A DNA stretch of 64,000 nt from Acidimicrobiales bacterium (lineage in GTDB: Bacteria; Actinomycetota; Acidimicrobiia; Acidimicrobiales; DATDAH01): contig JAYRFK010000110.1 of NCBI GenBank assembly GCA_041908445.1, forward strand, positions 1,567-65,566, in the 5' to 3' direction. The notes below the pieces were generated by a model that saw nothing but the letters and a program-made list of their open reading frames with translations, searched no databases and was not told the origin of the DNA. This document shows positions 11,227 through 19,856 of this stretch, one piece after another. Within the stretch, counting starts at the first letter, position 1; every line of letters starts with the position of its first letter. A program made the translations under genes and the position numbers.

Positions 11227-13143
11227 ATGGGTGAGCGGGTGGAGGCGCCGTTCGGGGCGTGGGCGTCGCCGATCACCGCCGAGACGGTGATCTCGGCGGC
11301 GGTCGGGCTGTCCGAGGTGCGGGCCGACGGGGACCACGTCTGGTGGTCCGAGAGCCGCCCCCAGGAGGCGGGTCGGGTCCAGCTCGTCCGCGACGGTCGG
11401 GACGCGCTGCCGGAGGGCTTCGCCGCCCGCACCCGGGTGCACGAGTACGGCGGCGGCGCTTGGACGGTCCGGGACGGCGCCTGCTTCTTCGCGAACTGGG
11501 CGGATCAGCGCCTGTACCGCCTCGACGGGCCGGGGGCGGCGCCGGTGGCCCTCACGCCCGAGCCCGCGGTCCCCATGGGCGACCGCTACGCCGACGTCGA
11601 CGTGACGCCGGACGGTGCCTGGCTGGTGTGCGTCCGTGAGCACCACCCCGCCGACGGCGCCGAGGCGGTCAACGAGCTCGTCCGCATCCCCACCGACGGG
11701 TCGGGCGCGCCCGAGGTGCTGCTGACCGGGCCGGACTTCGTGGCCGCCCCCCGGCTGTCCGCCGACGGCGCGCACCTGGCGTGGATCCAGTGGGACCACC
11801 CCGACATGCCGTGGGACGAGACCGGCCTGTGGGTCGCGTCGCTCGGCCCCGAGGGCCTGGCCGAGCCCGAGTTGGTCGCCGGCGGGCTCGGCTCGTCCGA
11901 GTCGGTCGTGCAGCCCGTCTGGTCGCCCGGCGGCGCACTGCACTTCGTCTCGGATCGCACCGGCTGGTGGAACGTCTACCGGCAGGGCTCGGACGAGCCG
12001 GTGATCGCCGTCGAGGGCGAGATCGGGACGCCGCCGTGGGTCTTCGGCATGTCCCGCTACGCCCTCCTCGACGGCGGAGAGATCGTCGCCGCCTGTCGCC
12101 GCGAGGGACGCGACGAGCTGTTCGGGTACGACGTGCCCTTCACGAGCATCGACAGCGTCGTGTCCGACGGGCGCCGCGTGCTGTTCGTGGGCGCCTCGCC
12201 CACCACCGAGTCGGCCATCGTCCGCTTCGACCCGGCGACGGGTGAGCACGAGCTGCTCCGGGCGCCCCGTGACCTCGGCCTCGACCCGGCCCGGCTGTCC
12301 GTGCCGGAGGCCATCGAGTTCCCGACCGAACCCGGGCCCGACGGCCAGGCCCGCACCGCCCACGCCCTCTACTACCCGCCCACCAACCCCGAGGCGGTGG
12401 CGCCGGCGCGGGAGCGGCCGCCGCTGCTCGTGCTCAGCCACGGCGGCCCCACCGCCGCGGCCCGCCCGATGCTCAGCCTGGCCACCCAGTTCTGGACGAG
12501 CCGGGGCTTCGCCGTGGTCGACGTCGACTACGGGGGCAGCACCGGCTACGGACGCGAGTACCGCGACCGCCTGCGTGAGGCCTGGGGCATCGTCGACGTG
12601 CAGGACTGCGTCGCCGCCGCCCGCTTCCTGGCCGACCGGGGCGACGTCGATCCCGACCGCCTCTGCATCCGCGGCGGCAGCGCCGGCGGGTACACGACCC
12701 TCCAGGCCCTCACCACCACCGACGTGTTCGCGGCCGGCGCCAGCCACTACGGCGTGGCCGACCTCAGCGCCCTGGCCCGGGACACCCACAAGTTCGAGTC
12801 CCGCTACCTCGACGGGCTCGTGGGGCCGTGGCCCGAGGCCGAGGCCGTCTACCGCGAGCGCTCACCGATCGAGCACACCGACCGCCTGTCGAGCCCGATG
12901 ATCATCCTGCAGGGCAGCGAGGACGAGGTCGTGCCCCCGAACCAGGCCGAGCTGATGGTCGCGGCCCTCGACGCCAAGGGCCTGCCCTACGCCTACGTGC
13001 TCTTCGAAGGCGAGCAGCACGGCTTCCGCAAGGCCGAGAACATCATCCGGGCCCTCGAGGCCGAGCTGTCGTTCTACGCCCAGGTGTTCGGCTTCACGCC
13101 GGCGGGCGCCATCGAACCGGTCGAGGTCCACCACCTGCCGTAG
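11227..13143 (+). CDS. S9 family serine peptidase (prolyl oligopeptidase / acylaminoacyl-peptidase-like)
   Basis: N-terminal beta-propeller-like region. The C-terminal hydrolase carries GGSAGGYT (GxSxGG) and an ILQGSEDEVVP Asp region. Start set after the repeat element. Confidence 0.85.
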   Translation: MGERVEAPFGAWASPITAETVISAAVGLSEVRADGDHVWWSESRPQEAGRVQLVRDGRDALPEGFAARTRVHEYGGGAWTVRDGACFFANWADQRLYRLDGPGAAPVALTPEPAVPMGDRYADVDVTPDGAWLVCVREHHPADGAEAVNELVRIPTDGSGAPEVLLTGPDFVAAPRLSADGAHLAWIQWDHPDMPWDETGLWVASLGPEGLAEPELVAGGLGSSESVVQPVWSPGGALHFVSDRTGWWNVYRQGSDEPVIAVEGEIGTPPWVFGMSRYALLDGGEIVAACRREGRDELFGYDVPFTSIDSVVSDGRRVLFVGASPTTESAIVRFDPATGEHELLRAPRDLGLDPARLSVPEAIEFPTEPGPDGQARTAHALYYPPTNPEAVAPARERPPLLVLSHGGPTAAARPMLSLATQFWTSRGFAVVDVDYGGSTGYGREYRDRLREAWGIVDVQDCVAAARFLADRGDVDPDRLCIRGGSAGGYTTLQALTTTDVFAAGASHYGVADLSALARDTHKFESRYLDGLVGPWPEAEAVYRERSPIEHTDRLSSPMIILQGSEDEVVPPNQAELMVAALDAKGLPYAYVLFEGEQHGFRKAENIIRALEAELSFYAQVFGFTPAGAIEPVEVHHLP

Positions 13144-13187
13144 CGCCACGGCGGGCGCGCCGGGCCGGCCGGCGCCGTCCTCCGAGA

Positions 13188-14174
13188 TCAGCCGAGCTCG
13201 TGGCCGAGGCGCTTCAGCACCGCGGTGGCGGCGGCGTCGCCGGACAGCCAGGCGCCCTCGACGCGGGGCCCGCCGAAGGCGTCGCCGGCGAGGACGACGG
13301 GGCCGGGCTCGTCGGCGACGGTGCAGCTGCGGTTCGTCCACACCGACTGCGGGGTGGCGAACTCCCAGCGGGTCACGTGGGCCTCGAGCACCTTGCGCCC
13401 GCCGATGAACTCCTCGGCCTGGTCGAGCAGGGTGGCGATGACCTTGGTGTCGGACTCGTTCCAGAGGGTGGTGGAGAGGGCGGCGCTGGCGTGCAGGGTC
13501 AGCGCCGGCACCTCCGACAGCCCCTTGGACTCGTTGTCGGCGACGAACGAGAAGGGGCCCACGTCGCGCTGCACGGCGCCGGGCCCGGCCAGTTCGGACG
13601 GGCCGTCGAGCACGGCGACGACCGCGAGGGTCGGGTCGTACTGGATGTGGGGGAGGCCCTCCTGCTCGTCGTGGCCGAGGGCCACGCCGCCGGCCTCGAG
13701 GATGCGCAGGCTCTGCGGCACCGGCGCGGTGAGCACGACGGCTGCGGCCTCGATGGTGTCGTCCCGGCCGTCGACGACGACCTGCCACCGCTCGGCGCCG
13801 GCGATCACGGCCCGCACCGTGGTGTCGAGGCACACGTCGAGGTCGTGGGCGAGGGTGCGGGCCAGCTCGGCCATGCCCCCGCGGGTGACCCAGCGGGGGT
13901 AGCCGTCGTTCGTACCGAACCCCCGGCACCACTCGTAGACGAGGCCCTGGGCGAGCAGGGTGTCGACCCAGTCGCCGAAGTGGCGGTTGCGGGTGGTGAA
14001 GAACTGAGCGCCGTGGTCGACGAGGGCGGGGCCGACGAGGCGGGTGCCGAGGCGCCCTCCCACCCACCGGTCCCGCTCGAGCACGAGGGCGGTGAGCCCG
14101 GCGTCGGTGACGCGGCGGGCCGCGGTGAGGCCGCTCAGGCCGGCGCCGGCGACGAGCACGTCCACCGAGGTCAT
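13188..14174 (-). CDS. FAD/NAD(P)-binding oxidoreductase (amine-oxidase/renalase-like)
   Basis: N-terminal dinucleotide fold MTSVDVLVAGAGLSGLTAARR. Start chosen at the internal ATG preceding the GxGxxG motif. Confidence 0.7.
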   Translation of the reverse strand: MTSVDVLVAGAGLSGLTAARRVTDAGLTALVLERDRWVGGRLGTRLVGPALVDHGAQFFTTRNRHFGDWVDTLLAQGLVYEWCRGFGTNDGYPRWVTRGGMAELARTLAHDLDVCLDTTVRAVIAGAERWQVVVDGRDDTIEAAAVVLTAPVPQSLRILEAGGVALGHDEQEGLPHIQYDPTLAVVAVLDGPSELAGPGAVQRDVGPFSFVADNESKGLSEVPALTLHASAALSTTLWNESDTKVIATLLDQAEEFIGGRKVLEAHVTRWEFATPQSVWTNRSCTVADEPGPVVLAGDAFGGPRVEGAWLSGDAAATAVLKRLGHELG

Positions 14175-14326
14175 CGCGTCGGCCTCCCTGCGACGACGGG
14201 CCCGCCGGCGGCCCGACCGACGATCTGGTGGCGCGCTACCCCCCGGTGCACGGGCGCCACGGTAGTGCCGCGCCGGTCGCGATACGGGTTGGCGGGCCCC
14301 GCCGGGCAACGGTCAGGATTGGCGCC

Positions 14327-15901
14327 ATGGCCCGTGTCCTTGTCACCGAGAAGATCGCCGACGCGGGGCTCGACCGCCTGCGGGCACAGGGCCACGAGGT
14401 GGACGTGGTGCTCGCCCCGTCCCCCGAGGAGCTGCTCGAGGTCGTCAAGGGCGCCGACGCGCTCATCATCCGCTCGGCCACGACCGTCACCGCCGAGGTG
14501 CTCGAGGCGGGCACCGACCTCAAGGTCGTGGGCCGCGCCGGCGTGGGCCTCGACAACGTCGACGTGGAGACCGCCACCGAGCGGGGCGTCATGGTCGTCA
14601 ACGCCCCGCAGTCGAACGTGCTCTCGGCCGCCGAGCACACGGTCGCCCTGCTGCTGGCCCTGGCCCGCAACATCCCCCAGGCCCACGCCGCGCTGGTCCA
14701 GGGCCGCTGGGAGCGCAGCAAGTGGGAGGGCATCGAGCTGAGCGACAAGGTGCTCGGCGTGATCGGCCTCGGCCGCATCGGCAAGCTCGTGGCCCAGCGG
14801 GCGTCGGCGTTCGGCATGCGCCTGGTGGCCTACGACCCCTTCCTCGCCCCCGAGCGGGCCCGCCAGATCAACGTCGAGCTCATGGAGCTCGACGAGCTCA
14901 TCGCCGTAGCGGACTTCATCACGCTGCACGTGGCCAAGACGCCCGAGACCATCGGGCTCGTCGGCAAGGAGCTGTTGGCCAAGGCCAAGCCGGGCCTGCG
15001 GGTCATCAACGTGGCCCGCGGCGGGATCGTGGACGAGGCGGCGCTGGCCGACGCAATCCGCAGCGGTCATATCGGCGGCGCCGCGATCGACGTGTTCGCG
15101 GTCGAGCCCACCACCGAGTCGCCGCTGTTCGAGCTGGACGAGGTCGTGGTCACGCCGCACCTCGGCGCCAGCACCCGGGAGGCGCAGGACAAGGCGGGCG
15201 ACACCATCGCCGAGCAGGTGGCGCTGGCCCTGGCCGGCGAGTTCGTGCCCTTCGCGGTGAACGTGAGCGCCGGCGAGGCCTCGGAGACGGTGCGCCCGTT
15301 CCTCGGCCTGGCCGAGCGCCTGGGCGAGCTCTTCGCCGGCCTGTGCGAGGGCGTCACGCCGGTGCTCGAGGTCGAGTACCAGGGCAAGCTCGCCGAATCG
15401 GACACGCGCATCCTCACCCTGTCGGCGCTGAAGGGCCTGTTCGGAGGGAGCAGCGACGAGCCGGTGTCGTACGTCAACGCGCCGCGCATCGCCGAGGAGC
15501 GCGGCGTGGAGGTCCGGGAGACCTCGCTGTCGGCGGCGCAGGACTTCGTGAACCTCATCACCCTGCGGGGCGGCGGCCACGCCATCGCCGGCACCCTCGG
15601 CGGGGTCGACGGCCAGCCCCGCATCGTGAACGTCGACGACCACACCGTCGAGATCCCGCCCGCCGACCACATGCTCGTGGTGCGCAACGACGACCGTCCC
15701 GGGATGATCGGCCTGGTGGGCCAGACCCTCGGCGAGGCCGGCGTGAACATCGCCGACATGCACCTCGGCCGCTCGGCCGACGGCTCCGCGGCGCTCATGG
15801 TGCTGGCGACCGGCGCCGCCGTGCCGCAGGCGGTGGTCGAGTCGCTGCGGGCGGCGCCGGGCATCGACTCGGTGCACGCCGTGAACCGCCCCGGCACCTG
15901 A
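14327..15901 (+). CDS. serA: D-3-phosphoglycerate dehydrogenase (long form with ASB/ACT domains)
   Basis: MARVLVTEKIADAGLDRL..., GRAGVGLDNVD, GLGRIGKLVAQR, and a C-terminal ACT-like region. Confidence 0.92.
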   Translation: MARVLVTEKIADAGLDRLRAQGHEVDVVLAPSPEELLEVVKGADALIIRSATTVTAEVLEAGTDLKVVGRAGVGLDNVDVETATERGVMVVNAPQSNVLSAAEHTVALLLALARNIPQAHAALVQGRWERSKWEGIELSDKVLGVIGLGRIGKLVAQRASAFGMRLVAYDPFLAPERARQINVELMELDELIAVADFITLHVAKTPETIGLVGKELLAKAKPGLRVINVARGGIVDEAALADAIRSGHIGGAAIDVFAVEPTTESPLFELDEVVVTPHLGASTREAQDKAGDTIAEQVALALAGEFVPFAVNVSAGEASETVRPFLGLAERLGELFAGLCEGVTPVLEVEYQGKLAESDTRILTLSALKGLFGGSSDEPVSYVNAPRIAEERGVEVRETSLSAAQDFVNLITLRGGGHAIAGTLGGVDGQPRIVNVDDHTVEIPPADHMLVVRNDDRPGMIGLVGQTLGEAGVNIADMHLGRSADGSAALMVLATGAAVPQAVVESLRAAPGIDSVHAVNRPGT

Positions 15902-15926
15902 AGCCGGGCGCGCCGCGCTCGGGGCC

Positions 15927-16220
15927 TCAGAGGTCGAGCCGGACCGCCACCGCGTCGCCGTCGTCGACCCCCTCGGCCCGGCGCACCGCCTTCTTCACCG
16001 GCAGCACGAAGGAGCGGTGCTCCTTCGACGGGAAGATCGAGGTCTGCCACTGCGACCCGCCCAGGGTCACCGTGACGCGGATGGACCCGAACCCCGGCAG
16101 GTCGGGGCCGCCGTACCGGTCGTCGATGTCGTCGGCGACGTCCTCGGGCAGGGTCACGAAGTACCAGGACGCCTTCTCGCCGGACCAGCGCCACAGCTCC
16201 GCGGTGAACTCGACGTGCAC
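15927..16220 (-). CDS. DUF1905 domain protein
   Basis: 97 aa; the pattern WYFVTLPEDVADDI...IRVTVTLGGSQWQTSIFP is typical of DUF1905. Confidence 0.65.
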   Translation of the reverse strand: MHVEFTAELWRWSGEKASWYFVTLPEDVADDIDDRYGGPDLPGFGSIRVTVTLGGSQWQTSIFPSKEHRSFVLPVKKAVRRAEGVDDGDAVAVRLDL

Positions 16221-16285
16221 GCCCGAGTCGTACCACCCCGCCGTGACCCGAGGCGTGACCGTCGCGTTGTTGGTAGGACTGGGGC

Positions 16286-16684
16286 GTGCCCTTCCCTGCT
16301 GACGTCGTGGCCGACGCGCTGGCGCACGTGCGGGCGGCGTGCCGAACCCTCCCCGAGGTGGAGGAGCGCCTGAGCCACGGGGCGCCCACGTTCTTCGTGC
16401 GCGGCAAGAAGAGCTTCGTGATGTTCCACGACGACCACCACGGCGACGGCCGCCTCGCCCTCTGGGTGGCGGCTGCGCCCGGCGTGCAGGCCGAGATGGT
16501 CGACGAGGAGCCCGACCGCTTCTTCGTCCCGCCCTATGTCGGCCACCGGGGCTGGTTGGGCGTCCGCCTCGACCGCGACCCCGACTGGGACGAGGTCGCC
16601 GGCGTGTGCGCCGACGCCTTCCGCCACGTGGCCCCCAAGACCCTCGCCGCCCGCCTCGACGCCGACGCCCAGGAGGACGCCTGA
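16286..16684 (+). CDS. MmcQ/YjbR family protein
   Basis: 132 aa with the HGAPTFFVRGKKSFVMF...GWLGVRLD pattern of YjbR-like proteins. Confidence 0.6.
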   Translation: MPFPADVVADALAHVRAACRTLPEVEERLSHGAPTFFVRGKKSFVMFHDDHHGDGRLALWVAAAPGVQAEMVDEEPDRFFVPPYVGHRGWLGVRLDRDPDWDEVAGVCADAFRHVAPKTLAARLDADAQEDA

Positions 16685-16694
16685 GCGGCCCCCA

Positions 16695-16829
16695 TCAGGC
16701 GAGCCCGAGGCGCTCCACGGGCTGGCCCGTGAGCTCGCCGATGAGCTCGACGTCCTGGTCGAGGTGCAGGACCGTGAGGCCGGCGAGCTCCGCGGTCGCG
16801 GCGACGACCCGCTGCGGCCGACCGGTCAG
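16695..16829 (-). pseudogene. possible C-terminal remnant of a PIN-domain (VapC-like) toxin gene
   Basis: About 45 codons ending [36 protein letters not shown] resemble VapC C-termini. Upstream, the frame runs through the neighbouring DinB-like CDS in another frame. Confidence 0.2.
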
Positions 16830-17398
16830 GCGTGGCGCCCCATGAACCCCAGGAGCCGGGTCTGCTCGTCGGCGTCCGGGGCGACCTCGACCCTCGGCCC
16901 GTAGTGGCCGCTCGAGCGCATGGCGGCGTCGACCTCGGGCGGCAGCGCCTCGAACCCGCTCACCATGCGGTGCACCTCGTCGGGATCCAGGCGCTCGTCG
17001 AGGCCGGTGGCCCGGGCGAGGTCCCAGGTGCGCACGAGGACGTCGGGTGTGCAGGTCATGTCCACCGCGGCCGTGAAGGACAGGTGGCCGGGCGGCCCGC
17101 AGTCCGCGACCTGCTCGGCGACGGCCGGGTCGTCGAGGCCACCCTGGATGGCGTCGCGGACGAGCGCCCAGGCGCCGGCGGGGTCCTCCTCGACGGCGGG
17201 GAGCGGACCGGGGTCGAGGCCGAAGGCGCCGAGGAGGAAGCCCGGCGGGGCCAGCCACTCGACCAGGTGGGCCACGACGTCGCGGGCGAACCAGCCCTCG
17301 CACGGCGCCGGGCGCTCCCACGCATCCTCGGGTACCGCCTCGACCCGGGCGGTGAAGCCCGCCGCCACCCGTCGGAACCGTTCGGCGCTCTCGCTCAT
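16826..17398 (-). CDS. DinB/MDMPI_N-type metal-binding protein (TIGR03086-like)
   Basis: [46 protein letters not shown] is typical of mycothiol-maleylpyruvate-isomerase N-terminal domain proteins. An alternative start is at 17431. Confidence 0.7.
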   Translation of the reverse strand: MSESAERFRRVAAGFTARVEAVPEDAWERPAPCEGWFARDVVAHLVEWLAPPGFLLGAFGLDPGPLPAVEEDPAGAWALVRDAIQGGLDDPAVAEQVADCGPPGHLSFTAAVDMTCTPDVLVRTWDLARATGLDERLDPDEVHRMVSGFEALPPEVDAAMRSSGHYGPRVEVAPDADEQTRLLGFMGRHA

Positions 17399-17457
17399 GG
17401 AGGGTGGACGGCTCTCGGGCGCCGGGGTCATCGCCCGCCGCCCGTCGCCGTGCCTTC

Positions 17458-17934
17458 CTACTCGCCGGCGGGCGGTTCGGCGGCCTTCTTGGTCGCCTTC
17501 TTGGCGGCGCCGGGCTTGTCGGCCGCCTTCTTCGCCGGCGCCGCCTTCTTGGCGGGGGCCTTCTTCGCCGCGGCCTTCTTGGCCGGCGCCTTCTTCGCGG
17601 GGGCCTTCTTGGCGGCCGCCTTCTCGACCGACGCCTCGGCGTCCGCGGCCGCCTCGGCGGCAACGGCCTCGGCGTCCGCCTTCGCCGGTGCGGCCTGCTC
17701 GGTGGCGGCGATCTCGGCGGCCGCAGCTGCGTCCGTCGCCGCCTCCTTCGCCGCGGCGACGGCGTCGCCGGCGGGGGCCACCGGGGTGGACTCGGTGAGC
17801 GGCTGCCAGTCGTTGTAGGCGTTGCGGTCGACGACGGGAGCGGGGTGGCTGCGGCTCTGCAGCACCTTGACGACGACGCCGAGCACCGCCCCGACGATCG
17901 CCAGCTTCACGAGGACGCGCAGGAATCGGGCCAC
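17458..17934 (-). CDS. membrane-anchored protein with a Lys/Ala-rich (PAKKA-repeat) histone-H1/HupB-tail-like C-terminus
   Basis: N-terminal hydrophobic helix [18 protein letters not shown], then an Ala/Glu-rich linker, then [46 protein letters not shown]. Confidence 0.65.
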   Translation of the reverse strand: MARFLRVLVKLAIVGAVLGVVVKVLQSRSHPAPVVDRNAYNDWQPLTESTPVAPAGDAVAAAKEAATDAAAAAEIAATEQAAPAKADAEAVAAEAAADAEASVEKAAAKKAPAKKAPAKKAAAKKAPAKKAAPAKKAADKPGAAKKATKKAAEPPAGE

Positions 17935-17995
17935 GGCGGAAAACTACCCGCCGGGTGCCCGGGGGTTGACGGATCGCCGGTATCGTGCGACCGTC

Positions 17996-18046
17996 ATGCG
18001 AGCTATGGAGCCCCGCCACCTGACCTCCGACCTCCTGCTTATGTAG
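17996..18046 (+). CDS. candidate leuA leader peptide [16 protein letters not shown] (or [13 protein letters not shown] from ATG 18005)
   Basis: Three consecutive Leu codons CTC CTG CTT (18032-18040) lie just before the stop. The ORF sits between promoter-like and terminator-like elements, 140 nt upstream of leuA. Confidence 0.45.
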   Translation: MRAMEPRHLTSDLLLM

Positions 18047-18075
18047 GGCGAGCGCCCCCATACCGGTGCTCGCCG

Positions 18076-18114
18076 AACCTCCTGTGCCTCCGGGCCAGGA
18101 GGTTTTCTGCTTTT
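18076..18114 (+). terminator. attenuator/intrinsic terminator in the leuA leader
   Basis: 9-bp stem AACCTCCTG/CAGGAGGTT with an 11-nt loop, followed by TTCTGCTTTT; 72 nt before the leuA ATG. Confidence 0.55.
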
Positions 18115-18186
18115 CCGGCCCGCGTTCCCGGGCCCCCGTCCGTCTGATCCCGATGCACACCCCCAACCCCGAAAGGCAACCCAGCC

Positions 18187-19743
18187 ATGGCTGACCAGGT
18201 GATCATCTTCGACACCACGCTGCGCGACGGAGAGCAGTCGCCCGGCATCTCGCTCGACACGGGCGAGAAGCTCGAGATCGCCGAGCAGCTCGCGCGCCTC
18301 GGGGTCGACTACATCGAGGCCGGCTTCCCGGTCGCCAGCCAGGGCGACTTCGAGGCGGTCGAGGCCATCGCCAAGGCGGTGCGGGGCCCGGTCATCACCG
18401 GCCTGTCCCGCACGGCCCGGGCCGACATCGACCGCTGCTGGGAGGCGGTGCAGCACGCGGAGCGCAGCCGCATCCACGTGTTCATCGCGACCAGCGAGAC
18501 CCACATGAAGCACAAGCTCAAGATGACCCCCGAACAGGTGAAGGCCGAGGCCGCCGCCGCGGTGGCCCACGCCCGCCAGTACACCGACGACGTGGAGTTC
18601 TCGCCCGAGGACGCCTCCCGGTCGGACTTCGACTTCATGTGTGAGGTGCTGCGGGCGGCCGTCGACAGCGGTGCCACCACGCTGAACATCCCCGACACGG
18701 TCGGCTACGGCATCCCCGAGGAGTACGCCGCCCGCCTGGCCAACATCCGCGACGTCGTGCCCGGCGACTACGTCATCTCGACCCACTGCCACAACGACCT
18801 CGGCCTCGCGGTGGCCAACTCGCTGGCCGCGGTCAAGGCCGGCGCCCGCCAGGTGGAGGTCGCGGTCAACGGCATCGGCGAGCGGGCCGGCAACGCCGCG
18901 CTCGAGGAGGTCGTCATGGCCCTCCGCACCCGGTCCGACTTCTTCACCGTCGACGGCCAGGTGCTCGACACCAACGTGAAGGCCGAGGAGCTGGCCAAGA
19001 CCAGCCGGCTGGTGAGCCGCCTCACCGGCTACCCGGTCCAGTACAACAAGGCCGTGGTGGGCCGCAACGCCTTCGCCCACGAGGCGGGCATCCACCAGCA
19101 CGGCATGCTCGAGGACGCCAGCACCTACGAGATCATGGACCCGGCCTCGGTGGGCCAGGGCGAGACGCAGATCGTGCTGGGCAAGCACTCGGGGCGCCAC
19201 GCCTTCGCCGACACCCTGGAGAAGATGGGCATCACCATCCAGGGTGATGCCCTCAACGCCGCTTTCGCCCGGTTCAAGGAGCTGGCCGACCGCAAGATCC
19301 AGCTCACCGACGCCGACCTCGAGGCCATCGTGGCCGAGGAGCTCGGTGGCGCGGTGGGCCGGGCCTACGACCTGAGCTCGATCGAGTTCCGGGGCAGCAA
19401 CATCGGCCCCGCCAGCTCGACGGTTGTGCTGACCCGTGACGGGGAGAAGGTCGAGGCCACCGCCGAGGGCGACGGCATGATCGACGCCGCCTGCCAGGCC
19501 ATCAAGGCCGCCACCGGCGTGAACGGCGTGCTCACCGACTTCAACGTGTCGTCGGTGACCGGCGGCGTCGACGCCCTCGGCGACGTGATCATCCAGCTCG
19601 AGGCCGACGGGGTGACCGTGTCGGGCCGGGGCGTGTCCACCGACGTGGTGGAGGCCTCCGCCCGGGCCTTCCTCAACGGCGTGAACAAGGTGGTGCGGAT
19701 CCGCGAGCGCGGCGAGACGCGCGAGCGGGTCGTCGGCCCCTGA
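18187..19743 (+). CDS. leuA: 2-isopropylmalate synthase (bacterial short LeuA type)
   Basis: VIIFDTTLRDGEQSPGISL...IEAGFPVASQGDFEAV, HCHNDLGLAVANSLAAV, and a C-terminal LeuA dimerisation/regulatory domain. Confidence 0.92.
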   Translation: MADQVIIFDTTLRDGEQSPGISLDTGEKLEIAEQLARLGVDYIEAGFPVASQGDFEAVEAIAKAVRGPVITGLSRTARADIDRCWEAVQHAERSRIHVFIATSETHMKHKLKMTPEQVKAEAAAAVAHARQYTDDVEFSPEDASRSDFDFMCEVLRAAVDSGATTLNIPDTVGYGIPEEYAARLANIRDVVPGDYVISTHCHNDLGLAVANSLAAVKAGARQVEVAVNGIGERAGNAALEEVVMALRTRSDFFTVDGQVLDTNVKAEELAKTSRLVSRLTGYPVQYNKAVVGRNAFAHEAGIHQHGMLEDASTYEIMDPASVGQGETQIVLGKHSGRHAFADTLEKMGITIQGDALNAAFARFKELADRKIQLTDADLEAIVAEELGGAVGRAYDLSSIEFRGSNIGPASSTVVLTRDGEKVEATAEGDGMIDAACQAIKAATGVNGVLTDFNVSSVTGGVDALGDVIIQLEADGVTVSGRGVSTDVVEASARAFLNGVNKVVRIRERGETRERVVGP

Positions 19744-19781
19744 ACGCCCCTCATCCACACCTGATCGACCCAGTCCGGCTT

Positions 19782-19825
19782 CTGGCTCCCGATTCGACCG
19801 TCCTGGCGGTCGAATCGGGAGCCAG
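19782..19825. repeat. 19-bp perfect-stem hairpin after leuA (family B palindromic element, probable terminator)
   Basis: CTGGCTCCCGATTCGACCG-TCCTGG-CGGTCGAATCGGGAGCCAG. It shares the core GGCTCCCGATT..CG and the loop TCCTGG with the hairpin at 30560-30603. Confidence 0.75.
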
Positions 19826-19856
19826 TTCGGCTCGGTCCGGTCGGTAGCCTCGGCCC

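Larger units (their letters stand above)
17966..18114 (+). promoter_or_regulatory. leuA leader region: candidate promoter, Leu-rich leader peptide and terminator-type attenuator
   Basis: TTGACG (17966-17971), 17 nt, GACCGT (17989-17994). The small ORF ends ...DLLLM*. Hairpin GGCGAGC/GCTCGCC (about 18049-18075) is followed by terminator AACCTCCTG/CAGGAGGTT (18076-18104) and TTCTGCTTTT. Confidence 0.55.

Noticed and set aside
9766-12789. 1007-aa minus-strand ORF spanning the aminotransferase, the repeat element and the peptidase
   Set aside because: It is antisense to two strongly supported plus-strand genes, has a low-complexity Gly/Arg/Ala composition and runs straight through the intergenic hairpin repeats.
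16695-17663. 322-aa Arg/Pro-rich minus-strand ORF
   Set aside because: Extreme RRRP composition. It overlaps the DinB-like gene and the PAKKA-repeat gene in other frames. Only its last approx. 45 codons were kept, as a low-confidence VapC relic.
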